A program made the translations under genes and the position numbers. DNA of 64,000 nt from Malacoraja senta (taxonomy: Eukaryota): NCBI GenBank assembly GCA_038087875.1, contig CM075991.1, forward strand, positions 1,178,001 to 1,242,000, given 5' to 3'. Within the stretch, counting starts at the first letter, position 1; the number at the start of each line of letters is the position of its first letter. The notes below the pieces were generated by a model. The model was not told the origin of the DNA and did not search any database. It saw only the letters and a list, made by a program, of their open reading frames with translations. Below are positions 26,105 through 37,793 of this stretch, piece after piece.

Positions 26105-27200
26105 TAAGTAAGTTTATTGGCCAAGTAATCACATACAAGGAATTTGCCTTGGTGTCCGCCCACAAGTAACAACATGACGTACAGTGACAGTTACGGATGA
26201 CTCAGAAAACACTAAACATTAATAATAATAAAACGCCATTGATCAAGCATGCGAACCAACAAAATACCAGATCAAAGGGAGGCTACAGATTTTTGGCTGT
26301 TGAGTAGAGCAACTACTCGTGGTTAAAAACAGTTTTTATGTCTGGCTGTGGCAGCTTTGACAGTGCGGAGTCGCCTTCCAGAGGGAAGTGATTCAAAGAG
26401 TTAGTGGCCAGGGTGAGAGGGTTCAGAGATCTTGCCTGCTCGCTTCCTCGCCCTTGCAGTGTACAGTTCATCAATGGAGGGAAGGTTGCAACCAATAACC
26501 TCTACTGATCGGACGATTCGCTGCAGCCTCCAGGTGTCATGCTTGGTGGCTGAGCCAAACCAGACCATGATGGAGAAGGTGAGAACAGACTCTACAATGG
26601 CCGTGTAGAATTGGACCATCATTGCCTGTGGCGGATTGTGCTTCCTCAGCTGCCGTAGGAAGTACATCCTCTGTTGCGCTTTTTTGACTGGAGTCGATGG
26701 TAGCCCCCCACTTAAGGTCCTTGGAGATGATGGTTCCCAGGAACTTAAAAGTCTCCACAGATGTGACTGGTGTTGTTGATGGTGAGTGGGGTGAGAGGAG
26801 GGGGAGCTCTCCTAAAGTCTACAATTAATTCCACTGTCTTAAGAGCATTGAGCTCCAGGTTGTTGTGATGGCACTAGGACGCCAGCTGTGACACTTCCTG
26901 TCTGTAGGCAGATTCTTCCCCATCCTGGATCAGTCCAATCAGGGTTGTGTTGTCCACAAACTTGAGAAGCTTGACAGAGGTGTCTGGAGGTGCAGTCGTT
27001 GGTGTAGAGGAGAGAGTACACAGCCTTGCAGTGCTCCTATGCTGAGCGTTTGAGGTTCCAAGTTGTGTTTTCCCAGCCTCACATGCTGCTTCCTGTCTGT
27101 CAGGAAGCTGGTGATCCACCGACAGAGGGGTTCAGGCACAGTCAACTTGGAAAGTTTGGAGTGTAGTAGCTCTGGCACAATGGTTTGAATGCAGAGTTAA
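26105..27200 (-). mobile_element. Rex1/Babar-like LINE 3' fragment
   Basis: CRWITSFLTDRKQHV..QGCVLSPL, KLLKFVDNTTLIGLI and RMYFLRQLRK..IVESVLTFSIMVWFG; tail CAAATTCCTTGTATGTG..GGCCAATAAA(CTTA)n. Confidence 0.85.
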
Positions 27201-27844
27201 ACTTGACCTTGAATTCCAAATTCTAAAATTGTTGATTATCTGGTGATAGCCTGACCTTGAAAGAGGCATGGATTTTCATTGGGTAAATGTGATTTATTTA
27301 TTCTGGATGTAAAACTTGAGATTTAAGTAATGTTTAAAATTTATATATTTTTAGAAAGGCTGATTATTTTCTTCCTGGTAAGATTTATTTTAAATTTCAC
27401 TCCAGTAAATTGCTGGTCTTTTTCCACATGGAGCTGATTAAAAGCTTGCCTATACTCCCAGTTGTCACTATCTTTTGAAGCTGGTAAAATGTAACCTTGC
27501 AAGAGATTTGAGTGGCAACATGCTTTTACGAATCGCTTCATGCTCTGAGACTAGTCTCTTCTAATGTGGTAAGCAAATTAAATATAATTGCAGATATTGA
27601 AAATCTGGAATAAAAGCAGGAAACACGGAGTTATGCAGAAATTGGTTATTTGGCGCAACCTGTCCTTGCTGACGAAGATATGTCCCTGAGCTAGTCCCAT
27701 TTGCTTGTGTTTGCCCCATATCCCTTTATCTTTATCACACACACTAAAGTCGCCTAAGTGGGACAGGCCCATTACTACCTAATGGCAGACTACTTGGGCT
27801 AATGACTTATTAGTTTTCCTAGTTGAGATAAATTTAAGTTGGGT

Positions 27845-28770
27845 GTTTTATTTTGTTCTCTTCCTCTTCTGTTGCCCCTTTGCCACTAACCTCTGCCCAC
27901 CCCATCTTAATCTGGCTCATCAGGTGACAAACTTGTTTATTGCCACTTGCAACAACTACCCTGACTACACCTCCCACTCTCTTGTAAGAGCATCCACCGT
28001 CCATTTCTTTATTTCTCTCTGTTGCGTGTTTGAGAGACAAGGTTTTCCACTGTAGGACATACGAGATGTCCTCCATTGTCAGGAAATGGGGCTTACCCCA
28101 CCACCCTTGGTTGATGGAGCCCTTGCCCGCTTCTCTATTTTGTGCATTTCTGTTCTTGCTTGTCTTTTCCAACACAGCTGGGGTAGTCTCTTGCTTCATT
28201 CCTTTTCACCCCACCAGCTGCTACATCCAGCCCAATATTCTTTGACACTTCCACCAGCTACCACATACCGCCAACAGCCATATCCCCCAATCCACCCCTT
28301 GCAGGAATTTCTGTTGCTCCCTATTTACTCATCCGTCGACTTCCCCAGACACTTTTCCCTGAAACCCTAGGAGATATTCATCATGTCTCTTGATGCCATC
28401 CAGGGACCTCAACAATCCTCTGGAGAGGCAGAGATTCAGCTGCACCTCTTACAACTTTGTCTGTATTTGGTGCTCTCTGTTGCCTGTACATCAGTGAGAC
28501 TAGGTGACCATTTTACTGAGCACCTGTACTCTGTTTGCCATGGTCATCTGGAGCTCCCTGTTGCAGGCCATTTTAGTTTTTCTTCCCATTCCCACACCAA
28601 TCTCTGTCATGTCTCCTCTACTGCAAGGGCGAGGCCAAATGAAACTACAGAATAGGCACGTGTCCCTTTTCTGTCCTGAGCTACCCAGATACCCCGCACC
28701 GTTTCCAAACCCAGCCCCTGTCAATCCCTTTCCCTCCTGCACTGTCTGTCCATTCCCCATCTGAATTAAA
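27845..28770 (+). mobile_element. Degenerate Penelope-like fragment
   Basis: TYEMSSIVRKWGLP, IQGPQQS and LGDHFTEHL..PVAGHF..SHSHTNL resemble the other GIY-YIG copies. Confidence 0.7.
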
Positions 28771-29010
28771 AAAAACATTAAGGAAGCAGGCTGAGGATGT
28801 GTTGCTTTGGGTATCTGTGTTATAGATGGACTGCATTCTTAGCTATTGACAGCAAAAAAGGGAACAATTGGAGATGGGCTATATGAAAATGAATGTAAAG
28901 GAAATTGGCAACAAAGGTAATAAAACTTGAAAGCAGGAAGTAGGAAATTTTGAACTGTTGTGTAACCAGCGGTAATAGTTGCCATTGTTTCTGTTTGTGA
29001 TTTCTTGTAG

Positions 29011-29572
29011 GTACTGTGCAGTTTGGAAGTAATCATATGCAGTTCAACCAGGTTATCAATAACCAAACATGTACAGGCAGCTACAGTGGTCACTATCACA
29101 CTGTGCACAAAGATTCAGGATTGTACAAAGAATTACTTCACAAGTTGCACTTGGCAAAAATGATAGATTGTGCTGGAGACTCGGGTGAACCAGGAAGCAG
29201 GCCACTACGTCGCAACAACAGCTATACCTGTTACACCATGGCAATCTGCGGCATGCCTCTTGATTCCTTCAAACCCAAGGAAGCAGAAGCAAAGGCAGAG
29301 GAAATGGAAAAACTGACATCTGGCTTGGAATCGAAGAAACGCATCCGGCAGGACAGTTACAGTAGTTACTGTAATGCAATGGCAGATTCAAATAAACCAT
29401 CTGAGGAGAGAAGTGTGAAACTTGAAATTGAACAGACGGACCGCAAGTGCAGTGATGGGTCTATGGATGAATGGCGTGAGCAGGAGAAGCCTGAAGTTTC
29501 ATTATTGTTCCAATTCTTGCAGATCCTAACAGCCTGCTTTGGCTCATTTGCTCATGGTGGCAATGATGTCAG
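29011..29572 (+). CDS. slc20a1: SLC20A1 coding exon 7
   Basis: HTVHKDSGLYKELLHKLHLAK..LRRNNSYTCYTMAICGMPLDSF..PEVSLLFQFLQILTACFGSFAHGGNDV; TAG acceptor, GTAAGT donor. Confidence 0.97.
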
Positions 29573-30275
29573 GTAAGTAACATTGCTTTTCTTTAATCCC
29601 TTGACAGAAATTAACGATTAATTTGGTTTTGCCTGGCTATGTTTCTATCAGGAAGCCGACAATTATGGAAAATAAAAGCTGTTTAGCATGAGGAATAAAA
29701 CATTGAATTTATACAAGTTTATATTATGGACGGGAAAGGAATGGAGGGTTATGGTCTGAGCGCAGGTATATGGGACTAGGGGAGAATACGTGTTCGGCAC
29801 GGACTAGAAGGGTCGAGATGGCCTGTTTGTGCTGTAATTGTTATATGGTTATACAAGATTTGCTTTTAGACTGATGGTCGGAAGGCGTTTACATGGAAGT
29901 GTATAGAGGTTCCACAGCCATCTCTGGAAATGTTATGTTTAACATTCAAAGTAATACAACTGAAAAGAACCAGTAATTTGAAAAACAATTGTTTTTGCTA
30001 CAAGTATTAGAAAGGAACTTAAACTTTTTGTATATGGACAAAAGACAAACATGTTGGTGAAGCACAAAGGGGACTGGAGGAATATTTAACGGATGAATAC
30101 AAAGAAAAGGGATTAAACCAGTTATAGAACTAGTATTGGCAGGCATTCTGTCCCAGGTTGGCAGGCTTCCTAGGCAGATATTCAGATATTTGTTTACATC
30201 AAAACGAAATTGTTGAGACATGTCAGCTTGCCTTTATTCCATGACATTAACTAAATTCTCCTTTTCTTTGTTTAG

Positions 30276-30461
30276 CAATGCAATTGGTCCTTTGGTTGCT
30301 TTATGGGTTGTATACTATACAGGAAATGTTAATTCAAACAGTGACACTCCAATCTGGCTTCTGCTCTATGGAGGTGTGGGCATCTGCCTTGGTTTGTGGG
30401 TCTGGGGTCGTAGAGTTATTCAGACCATGGGCAAGGATCTGACACCAATTACTCCCTCAAG
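30276..30461 (+). CDS. slc20a1: SLC20A1 coding exon 8
   Basis: (S)[35 protein letters not shown] acceptor, GTAAGC donor. Confidence 0.97.
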
Positions 30462-30699
30462 GTAAGCAATCTTCCTTTTAAAGAAAAGACTTAATGGGAT
30501 ATTCTTAGGCTAAATGTAACATTATGTATCTTGTTAATATTCTGTGTAATTACTAAAACCCTTTAAATTTGGAATAGCAAAGTGTTTAAACTGTGCTTGA
30601 AATAAAGAATGTTGACTCCAGTAAAGTGGGAAACTCACATTTCTGAAATGGAATCAAGCAATCCCATCAGACTGAGTATAATTACAAGCTTTGCAGTAG

Positions 30700-31040
30700 G
30701 AGTCATGAAGCGTAGGAACAGGTCCTTTGGACTACACCAACCAACATGTCCCATCTACCTGCCTGCGTTTAGCCCATATCCTCTCACTATTTTGTACACC
30801 TTTAGAAGATCACCCCTCATCCCCGTACACTCCAAGGAATAGAGTCCTAGCCTGCTCAACCTCCTACAACCCAGGCCCTCAAGTCCTGGCAACATCCTTG
30901 TAAATCTTCTCTGCACCCTTTCCAGCTTGACAACATCTTTCTTATAACATGGTGCCCAAAGCAGAACACAATATTCTAAATGTGGCCTCACCAACATCTT
31001 TTATAACTGCAACATGACCTCCCAACTTCTATACTCTGTC
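30700..31040 (-). mobile_element. CR1 3' fragment
   Basis: LVRPHLEYCVLLWAP..LERVQRRFTRMLPG. Confidence 0.8.
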
Positions 31041-31329
31041 TATAGTTTTCCAAAGGTTTCCTGCAGACTTGAATCATATCATTTTACATTTTAAGAATGG
31101 CCACCCCTTGTGGATCCCTTAACCCTGAATGAGTTTAAAGCAGTATACTGTTACTCAGCCTAAAAACTTTGGGAATAGTGGCTCTTTTATTTTATCAGCA
31201 GAATTCGCCTATGGGAAGTGATCGGTTTGGGCCATTGGATTTACATTTGTGATTTGTAAATTAGCTAGAAATTGCATTCCAGCACACTAGCCAATGGAGT
31301 GGACTGATGTTATCTATATTCTTTTATAG

Positions 31330-31414
31330 TGGCTTCAGCATTGAATTGGCCTCTGCTCTTACAGTAGTTATCGCTTCAAATATTGGTCTTCCTGTTAGTA
31401 CAACACATTGTAAG
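31330..31414 (+). CDS. slc20a1: SLC20A1 coding exon 9
   Basis: (S)[31 protein letters not shown] acceptor, GTAAGT donor. Confidence 0.95.
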
Positions 31415-31663
31415 GTAAGTGCCAATTGGGATCAAGTAATCAAGAGTTTGTGTAAATATAAAGAGCTAATTTTCTTGATGTAGTGTAATGTTCATGGCTG
31501 GTCAGTTTCAATGCCTTTGGGCATGAGACTTGCAGTTTAAATTTTTGTTCAGTCTATGATTGTCAAGGTATTGTTCAGCATATTACTGACATAATTTGCA
31601 AAAACATGCTTCCTTTTTATTAAAACTGACAAATTGCCTTTTCATTGTATTTTGTTTCTGCAG

Positions 31664-31819
31664 GTTGGGTCAGTTGTTGCTGTTGGCTGGATGCGTGCAA
31701 AAAAAGCTGTTGACTGGCGCCTCTTTAGAAACATCTTCATGGCGTGGTTTGTTACAGTCCCAATCTCTGGTCTTATTAGTGCTGCCATCATGGCTTTATT
31801 CAAATATGCTATCTTGTAA
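31664..31819 (+). CDS. slc20a1: SLC20A1 final coding exon (stop TAA 31817-31819)
   Basis: [51 protein letters not shown]; the exon lengths sum to 2001 nt. Confidence 0.97.
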   Translation, partial: VGSVVAVGWMRAKKAVDWRLFRNIFMAWFVTVPISGLISAAIMALFKYAIL

Positions 31820-32311
31820 ATGTGCTGAGTACCACCTATCTTCAGGAGAGTGTTGCTATGGTTGTAACCCTGTGCTACTGTAGACCTGTTTATTCAGATT
31901 AATGTGAAACCTGTTCAATGGCATTCAAAGCTTTAACTTGAGTCTTTTAACATCAATGTTTTAAGGGAGTCCAATCTTGACTAAATATGCTGTTTATTTT
32001 CTTTCACTTTTTGACTTTTAATTTGAAGGCCATTGTCTTTTTTTTTGTAGAGTTTATTACCGCATGTTTTAATCAAGGTGTATTGTTATTTAAAACTGTG
32101 AACTGAGCTTTTTGACATTTAACGCAAATGTATGCCTGAAGCACTACATTAAGATCGAGCCACATGGTAAGCAACTTGTATGTCCATTTAAAGCCATGTT
32201 GAGGTACCAAAGAGCGGAGCATTCAAATGTGCAGTTGTTTTACAAAGTCTTCCATTTAAATCTACCTATAATAGAAAGTCACATATTTGTAATTGAATCT
32301 GTCAAATGTTC

Positions 32312-32317
32312 ATTAAA
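32312..32317 (+). terminator. Candidate polyadenylation signal (ATTAAA) of SLC20A1
   Basis: TGTA upstream and a U/GU-rich tract downstream (TTTATTCTCTTTTGTTAACATTTGTGG). Confidence 0.45.
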
Positions 32318-32509
32318 GATTAGCACACCTTGATTTATTCTCTTTTGTTAACATTTGTGGTAGTAAAACTACATGAGTGTTAAGTGCTCGTTGAAAATTG
32401 GAGAATAATGGCATCCATGGACACTCCATTTGATTAATGCACTATACAAATTTGATGGTTTAGGTCAATATTCTGGTTTAATTTACAGTTGCATTTGGCA
32501 GGACTAAAT

Positions 32510-32842
32510 GTGCCCTCCATAATGTTTGGGACAAAGACCCATCATTTATTTATTTGCCTCTACTCCACAATTTGAGATTTGTAATAGAAAAAAAATCACA
32601 TGTGGTTAAAGTGCACATTGTCAAATTTTAATAAAGGCCATTCCTATACATTTTGGTTTCACCATGTAGAAATTACAGCAGTGTTTATACATAGTCCCCC
32701 ATTTCAGGGCACCATAATGTTTGGGACAGCAATGTCATGAAAATGAAAGTAGTCATGTTTAGTATTTTGTTGCATATTCTTTGCATGCAATGACTGCTTG
32801 AAGTCTGCGGTTCATGGACATCGCCAGTTGCTGGATGTCTTC
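32510..32842. mobile_element. Tc1-like IR/DR terminal repeat fragment
   Basis: Direct repeat CCATAATGTTTGGGACA at 32517-32533 and 32712-32728, about 200 bp apart, as in IR/DR-type Tc1 ends. Confidence 0.6.
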
Positions 32843-32859
32843 AAGATCCTCTTTTCTGC

Positions 32860-33250
32860 CAATTATACCTTCCCCATGCATGAGCACCACTTTATGCAGC
32901 TACGTTAAACAGGATGATCCAGTACTACATGTTCCCAGTGATGTGCCTCAATGTTGAAACACTTCAGATTATCAAGATCTGTAAATCTTTGTCCACCACA
33001 TGATCATTTGTCTCAGTCAGCCCTCCATAAAATTTGGTATTCTGCCTTTGCTGACATGTCCTGCCCAGCTAGTCCATTATTCTTTTAACGGTGTAAATGC
33101 TGGGACAGAATCTGGGTCTGGAAATTTGTATTGCTGCATCAGACAAGCCATGTGGAAGTGTTATCCTGTCTGGAATGTCTGTTATGTCTGTTGTACACTG
33201 TTCATATTCTGCAAGTATAGGGCAAGGTAGTCATAATGAAATCCTTCTAA
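32860..33250 (-). mobile_element. Ancient RTE-like LINE fragment
   Basis: The minus strand gives remnants WAGHV, RIP..YGGL, GGQ and NLKCFNI..HWE, typical of the RTE C-terminus; many indels. Confidence 0.5.
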
Positions 33251-33329
33251 CTTAGTCTTTAGGCTGATACCTCATAATTCTACAGGACGGTGAAAAAAGA
33301 CTGCAAAAAAAAAAGACATTAGCACAAAA

Positions 33330-33975
33330 ATATGCAATTACAAAACCATGGTAGTGCAAGAGGTGGGCTGAGATGTTCTGTTCACAAGTTAGGATCAGGG
33401 TTGTGCAGGTTGGTTCAAGAATCAGTAGGAAGTAGCTCTTCCTGAGCATGGTAATGGGACAAGGACTTCAGCCTTCTGCCCATAGTCCCTGATGGTAGAA
33501 GTAGATGGTATAGCCCATATGGGTGGGATCCTTGATAGATATCACATCCTTGATGCAGTGACTAGTGTAGATGTTTCCAATGGTGAGGAGAGCTGTGCCT
33601 GTGATGAACCACTTCCTGCAGCCTCTTGCATTCCTGTGCATTGGAATTGCCATACCTGGCCATAGTACAATCAGTACTTTCAAACAATACTTTCTACAGT
33701 GCATTTGTAGAAGTTGGTTGGAATATTCAGTGACATCTCATCTCTGAATTTCTTTAAACTTCTAAAAGTAGAGGCACTGGTGTCCCTCCTTTCTGATAAT
33801 ATCAATGCGCATAGCTCAGGACAGGTAGTCTGCAATGTTAACACCCATGAATTTGAAGCTGCCATCCACACTGTCAACCTACCAATGAAAACTGGTACAT
33901 AGTCTCCAAGTTAACAATTGCATTTCTTGGTTTACTTGACATTGAGCAAGAGGTTGCTTCACCACTCAATCACCT
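33330..33975 (-). mobile_element. Degenerate Rex1/Babar-like fragment
   Basis: TNFYKCTVESI, YGNSNAQECKRLQEV and GVNI..LS motifs. Confidence 0.6.
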
Positions 33976-34369
33976 GTTCTATCTCTGAAGAAGGGTCTTG
34001 ACTCAAAACATCACCCATTCCATCTCTCCAGAGATGCTGCCTGTCCCGCTGAATTACTCGAGCCTTTTGAGTCCTCTTGTTCTATCGTTTGATGTTGACC
34101 GTGGTGTAATCTGTGAATTTATCAAGTAGTAGAAACCAGGAACTGCAGATGCTGGTTTACAAAAAAGGACAAATTTCTGGAGTAGCTCAATGGGTCAGGC
34201 AGCATCTTAGTAGAATAGGATTAGGTGTGGTTTTGTTCCAGGACCCTTCAGGTGAATCTATCGATGCGACTGCCAATACTGCGGACTGATTATCAGACAG
34301 TGCTGACAAGGTAAAGGAACTTGTTGACTCTGATACAAGTTTGTTTCTCTTGACGGTTCTCTCTGAAGA

Positions 34370-34582
34370 TCAGACTTCTCCAATTTCTGGTAGTCCCTAC
34401 TTTCTCCCCCCCTTCTCAGCTCTCCCTCAGCCCACTGTCTCCACCTCTTCCTTTCTTCTTCCCGCCCCCCCCCCCCCCCTCACATCAGTCTGAAGAAGGG
34501 TCTCGACCCGAAACGTTGCCTATTTCCTTCGTTCCATAGATGCTGCCTCACCCCCTGAGTTTCTCCAGCATTTTTGTCTACC
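34370..34582 (+). mobile_element. pLTR mini-element with intact hammerhead core (34490-34517)
   Basis: CTGAAGAAGGGTCTCGACCCGAAACGTT. Confidence 0.75.
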
Positions 34583-35691
34583 ACCAGTCATCAGAGCATT
34601 CTCTCTTTACTGGGTTAAAGTAAATATTAATTGTTTTGTTTAAGTCTATTAATTTAACTGGAAGTACAAAAAAAAATCAACAAACCAATTTCAAAAAGAT
34701 AAAGGTGACATGAGAAACTGCAGATGCTGAAATCTTGAGCAAATTAAGGTTGAGAGACAGCAGGTCAGGGAACATTTAGGATGAGGATGGGAAGATATTT
34801 CAGGTTGGGCCCTTCAGATTGATGTCAGCAAAGATAAGTGCTGAGGAAAGACACATAGTAGTGAATCTGGGCTAAAGCAAGGTTAAAAGCAGGAGAGCAG
34901 CAGGAATCACAGGAGCAGTGCGAGAGTCTCAGTACTCCAGATGAAAAGAAATAACTTCAAAATCTCTAGATTTTGCAATGAAGCTGTAAAATGAAGACAC
35001 AAGAAACTGCAGATGCTTAAATCTTGAGCAAAAATCAAAGTACTGGATGAACTCACCAGGTCAGGCAGCATCTGCAAAGGAATGGACAAGTACTCTTGAG
35101 TTGGGATCCTTTAAACAGCTGAATAACAAGTTGACAGTATCTATTACACAATCAACTCAAGTAAATGGGAGATCTTCCTCATTGGATTTCAGTGGTTGTC
35201 TTTGAAAAATGTGGGTTAATTAATCCAGTTCCTTATAGATTTCAATAACAATTTTCAATAAAGTCAGATTGGAGATCTGACCTCCAATGCTGTGTAGATT
35301 GTACCGATATGCAGGTTCAAATACTTCAAATGTCTAGAACATAGGGGAGTAGTAGAGTGAAGAATGCCAATGGCTATGTGGGAGAATAAAATGGGATTGG
35401 TGTAGGATTAGTTAAAAATAAATGCATGATGATGGACTTGGATCAAATGACTTATTTTTTGCCTTCTGATCAGATAGGCAGCTCTAAAGAAAAGAGCACC
35501 AACGGCAGGCTGTTGGATTGAACATGCCACTGTTAGTGAAGGCAGGTGAGGGGAATTTTCTCAAGTAGCTTGCACTAAGACATATTTCAGGAAAGTTAGT
35601 AAGGCCTGTGTTTTAAGAGTTCCAGGTTGTGTGTGATTGTATGCTTTCAACTGGTCAACCACAAATAGTAAAGATAAGACAATGGATTGTC

Positions 35692-36265
35692 AGGTAGAGA
35701 AAAATGCTGGAGAAACTCAGCGGGTGAGGCAGCATCTATGGAGCGAAGGAAATAGAAGGGGGGGGCGGGAAGAAGAAAGGAAGAGGAGGAGCCAGTGGGC
35801 TGAGGGAGAGCTGACAAGGGGAGGAGAAAGTAGGGACTATCTGAAATCAGAGGTCAATTCATACCGCCGGGGTGCAGACTGCCCAAGCGAAATATGAGGT
35901 GCTGCTCCTCCAATTTACCGTGGTCCTCACTCTGGCCATGGAGGAGGCCCAGGACAGAAAGGTCGGATTCGGAATGGGAGGGGGAGTTGAAGTGCTGAGC
36001 CACCGGGAGATCAGGTTGGTTATTGCGAACCGAGCTGAGGTGTTCGGCGAAGCGATCGCCAAGCCTACGCTTGGTCTCACCAATGTAGAGCAGCTGACAT
36101 CTAGAGCAGTAGATGCAATAGATGAGGTTGGAGGAGGTGCAGGTGAACCTCTGCCGCACCTGGAACGACTGCTTGGGTCCTTGAATGGAGTCAAGGGGGG
36201 AGGTAAAGCGACAAGTGTAGCATTTATTGCGGTTGCAAGGGAAAGTGCCCGGAGAGGAGGGGAAA
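35692..36265 (-). mobile_element. Penelope-like GIY-YIG fragment
   Basis: CNRNKCYTC..FTCTSSNLIYCIYCSRCQLLYIGETKRRLGDRFAEH..VAQHFN..GGMN. Confidence 0.9.
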
Positions 36266-36339
36266 AACTTGCTAAAAAAGTGCATTCAATCATTAAAGTG
36301 ATAGTGCAAAGCAAGTAGCCCACAGTAAAAGATGTACAA

Positions 36340-36451
36340 GGTACACAAAAATGCTGGAGAAACTCAGCGGGTGCAGCAGCATCTATGGAGCGAAGGAACT
36401 AGGTAACGTTTCGGGCCGAAACCCTTCTTCAGACTGATAGGGGGTGGGGAG
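36340..36451 (-). mobile_element. pLTR mini-element with intact hammerhead core (36405-36432) and 11-bp TSD
   Basis: TSD AAGATGTACAA at 36329-36339 and 36452-36462. Confidence 0.8.
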
Positions 36452-37059
36452 AAGATGTACAATTGGCCAGGCTGACATTAATTTTGCAACACAAGAGGGC
36501 GCCGAGGAAATAAGAGGCTACGCGCTTCTTTGAAGCAAACAGTTTTATCAATGGACAGATACAAAATGCTGGAGTAACTCAGCGGGTCAGACAGCATCTC
36601 TGGAGAAAAGGAATAGCTGATGTTTCTGGTCGGAATCCTTCAGATAAATCAATAAACTACAGACGCCCATTTTCACATCCGTAGCATAACTGGGGGTCCA
36701 GGATGGAGAAGCACGGTACTATCAATAAAGTTTGCGCGCAAAAACAAAACAGTGCAGATTATACTACAACTGCTACACGGTTCTAATGTCCACCTGACCA
36801 ACGCCCTCACAAGATTATCTGCAGCCGGACGATCTCATGGAGGGCCATGCCGACCACACGCAACGGCGGAGCAGGGGGAAGTCTGTGGCTAAAATGGCGG
36901 CCGAGTGAACCGACTCACCCGACACCAAAGATACTACTTTGCCCGACACTGACAAACTCTCAACACGCACTAACAGCCCACTCGATAGCGCCAATGTGAA
37001 TACACCCCGTGGCGAGTGCAACCCACAACAAATAACACGAAAGTGACCGTCCAAGAACC

Positions 37060-37655
37060 TTGTGTAGAAAGGAACTGCAGATGCTCGTTTACACCGAAGC
37101 CACAAACTGCTGGAGTAACTCAGCGGGACAGGCAGCATCTTTGGAGAGAAGGAATGGGTGACGTTTTGGGTCGAGACCCTTCTTTAGACCGAGTCAGGGG
37201 AGAGGGACACTACTGATATGGAGGGATAAGGTGTGAAAACAACATATCAAAGCGACAATCACTGTCCTGATTAATTTTACCGATTGTGTGTCCCGGCGTC
37301 ACCTTCCCCTCAGTTCTACATGTCCTAGAGAGACAGAATGCTGGAGTAACACAGCGGGACAGGCAGCATCTCTGGAGAGAAGAAATGGGTGATGTTTCGG
37401 GTCCAGACCCTTCAGACTGAGAGTCAGGGGAGGGGGAGATACAGAGATATGGAAGTGTTGAGTGTGAGTGCGAGACATCAAGGAGGATGGAGATCAACGA
37501 GGGGGTGGAGAGGTCGTTCTCAAACCTTGCACATCCTTATCTCTGTATCTCCCCCTCCCCGACACTCAGTCTGAAGAAGGGTCTCGACCCGAAACAGAAT
37601 CCATTCCTTCTGTCCAGAGATGCTGCCTGTCCCGCTGATCTATGTCTGTCTTCGC
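37060..37655. mobile_element. Composite of three pLTR units inserted in the SNRNP200 promoter region
   Basis: Two minus-strand and one plus-strand pLTR unit; imperfect flanking duplication CCAAGAACC and CCATGAACC. Confidence 0.7.
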
Positions 37656-37664
37656 CCATGAACC

Positions 37665-37793
37665 CCGTCTGCCCCGAGAGGGCACAGAGGCCGCGGGTAG
37701 TAACCATGGAGACCGCGCGGCCGGCCCTGACCCGGTTCCGGAAGTGGGGTGGGACGGTGGTGGCTGTGCTCGGCGAGTGGAGCGGCGGCAGTC
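37665..37793 (+). promoter_or_regulatory. snrnp200: SNRNP200 proximal promoter / 5'UTR (ETS site, X-box-like site)
   Basis: CpG-rich; CCGGAAGTG at 37738-37746; GTAACCATGGAGAC at 37700-37713. Confidence 0.6.

Noticed and set aside
16709..31819. Assignment as SLC20A2
   Set aside because: Loop and most transmembrane diagnostics, plus linkage to SNRNP200, favour SLC20A1.
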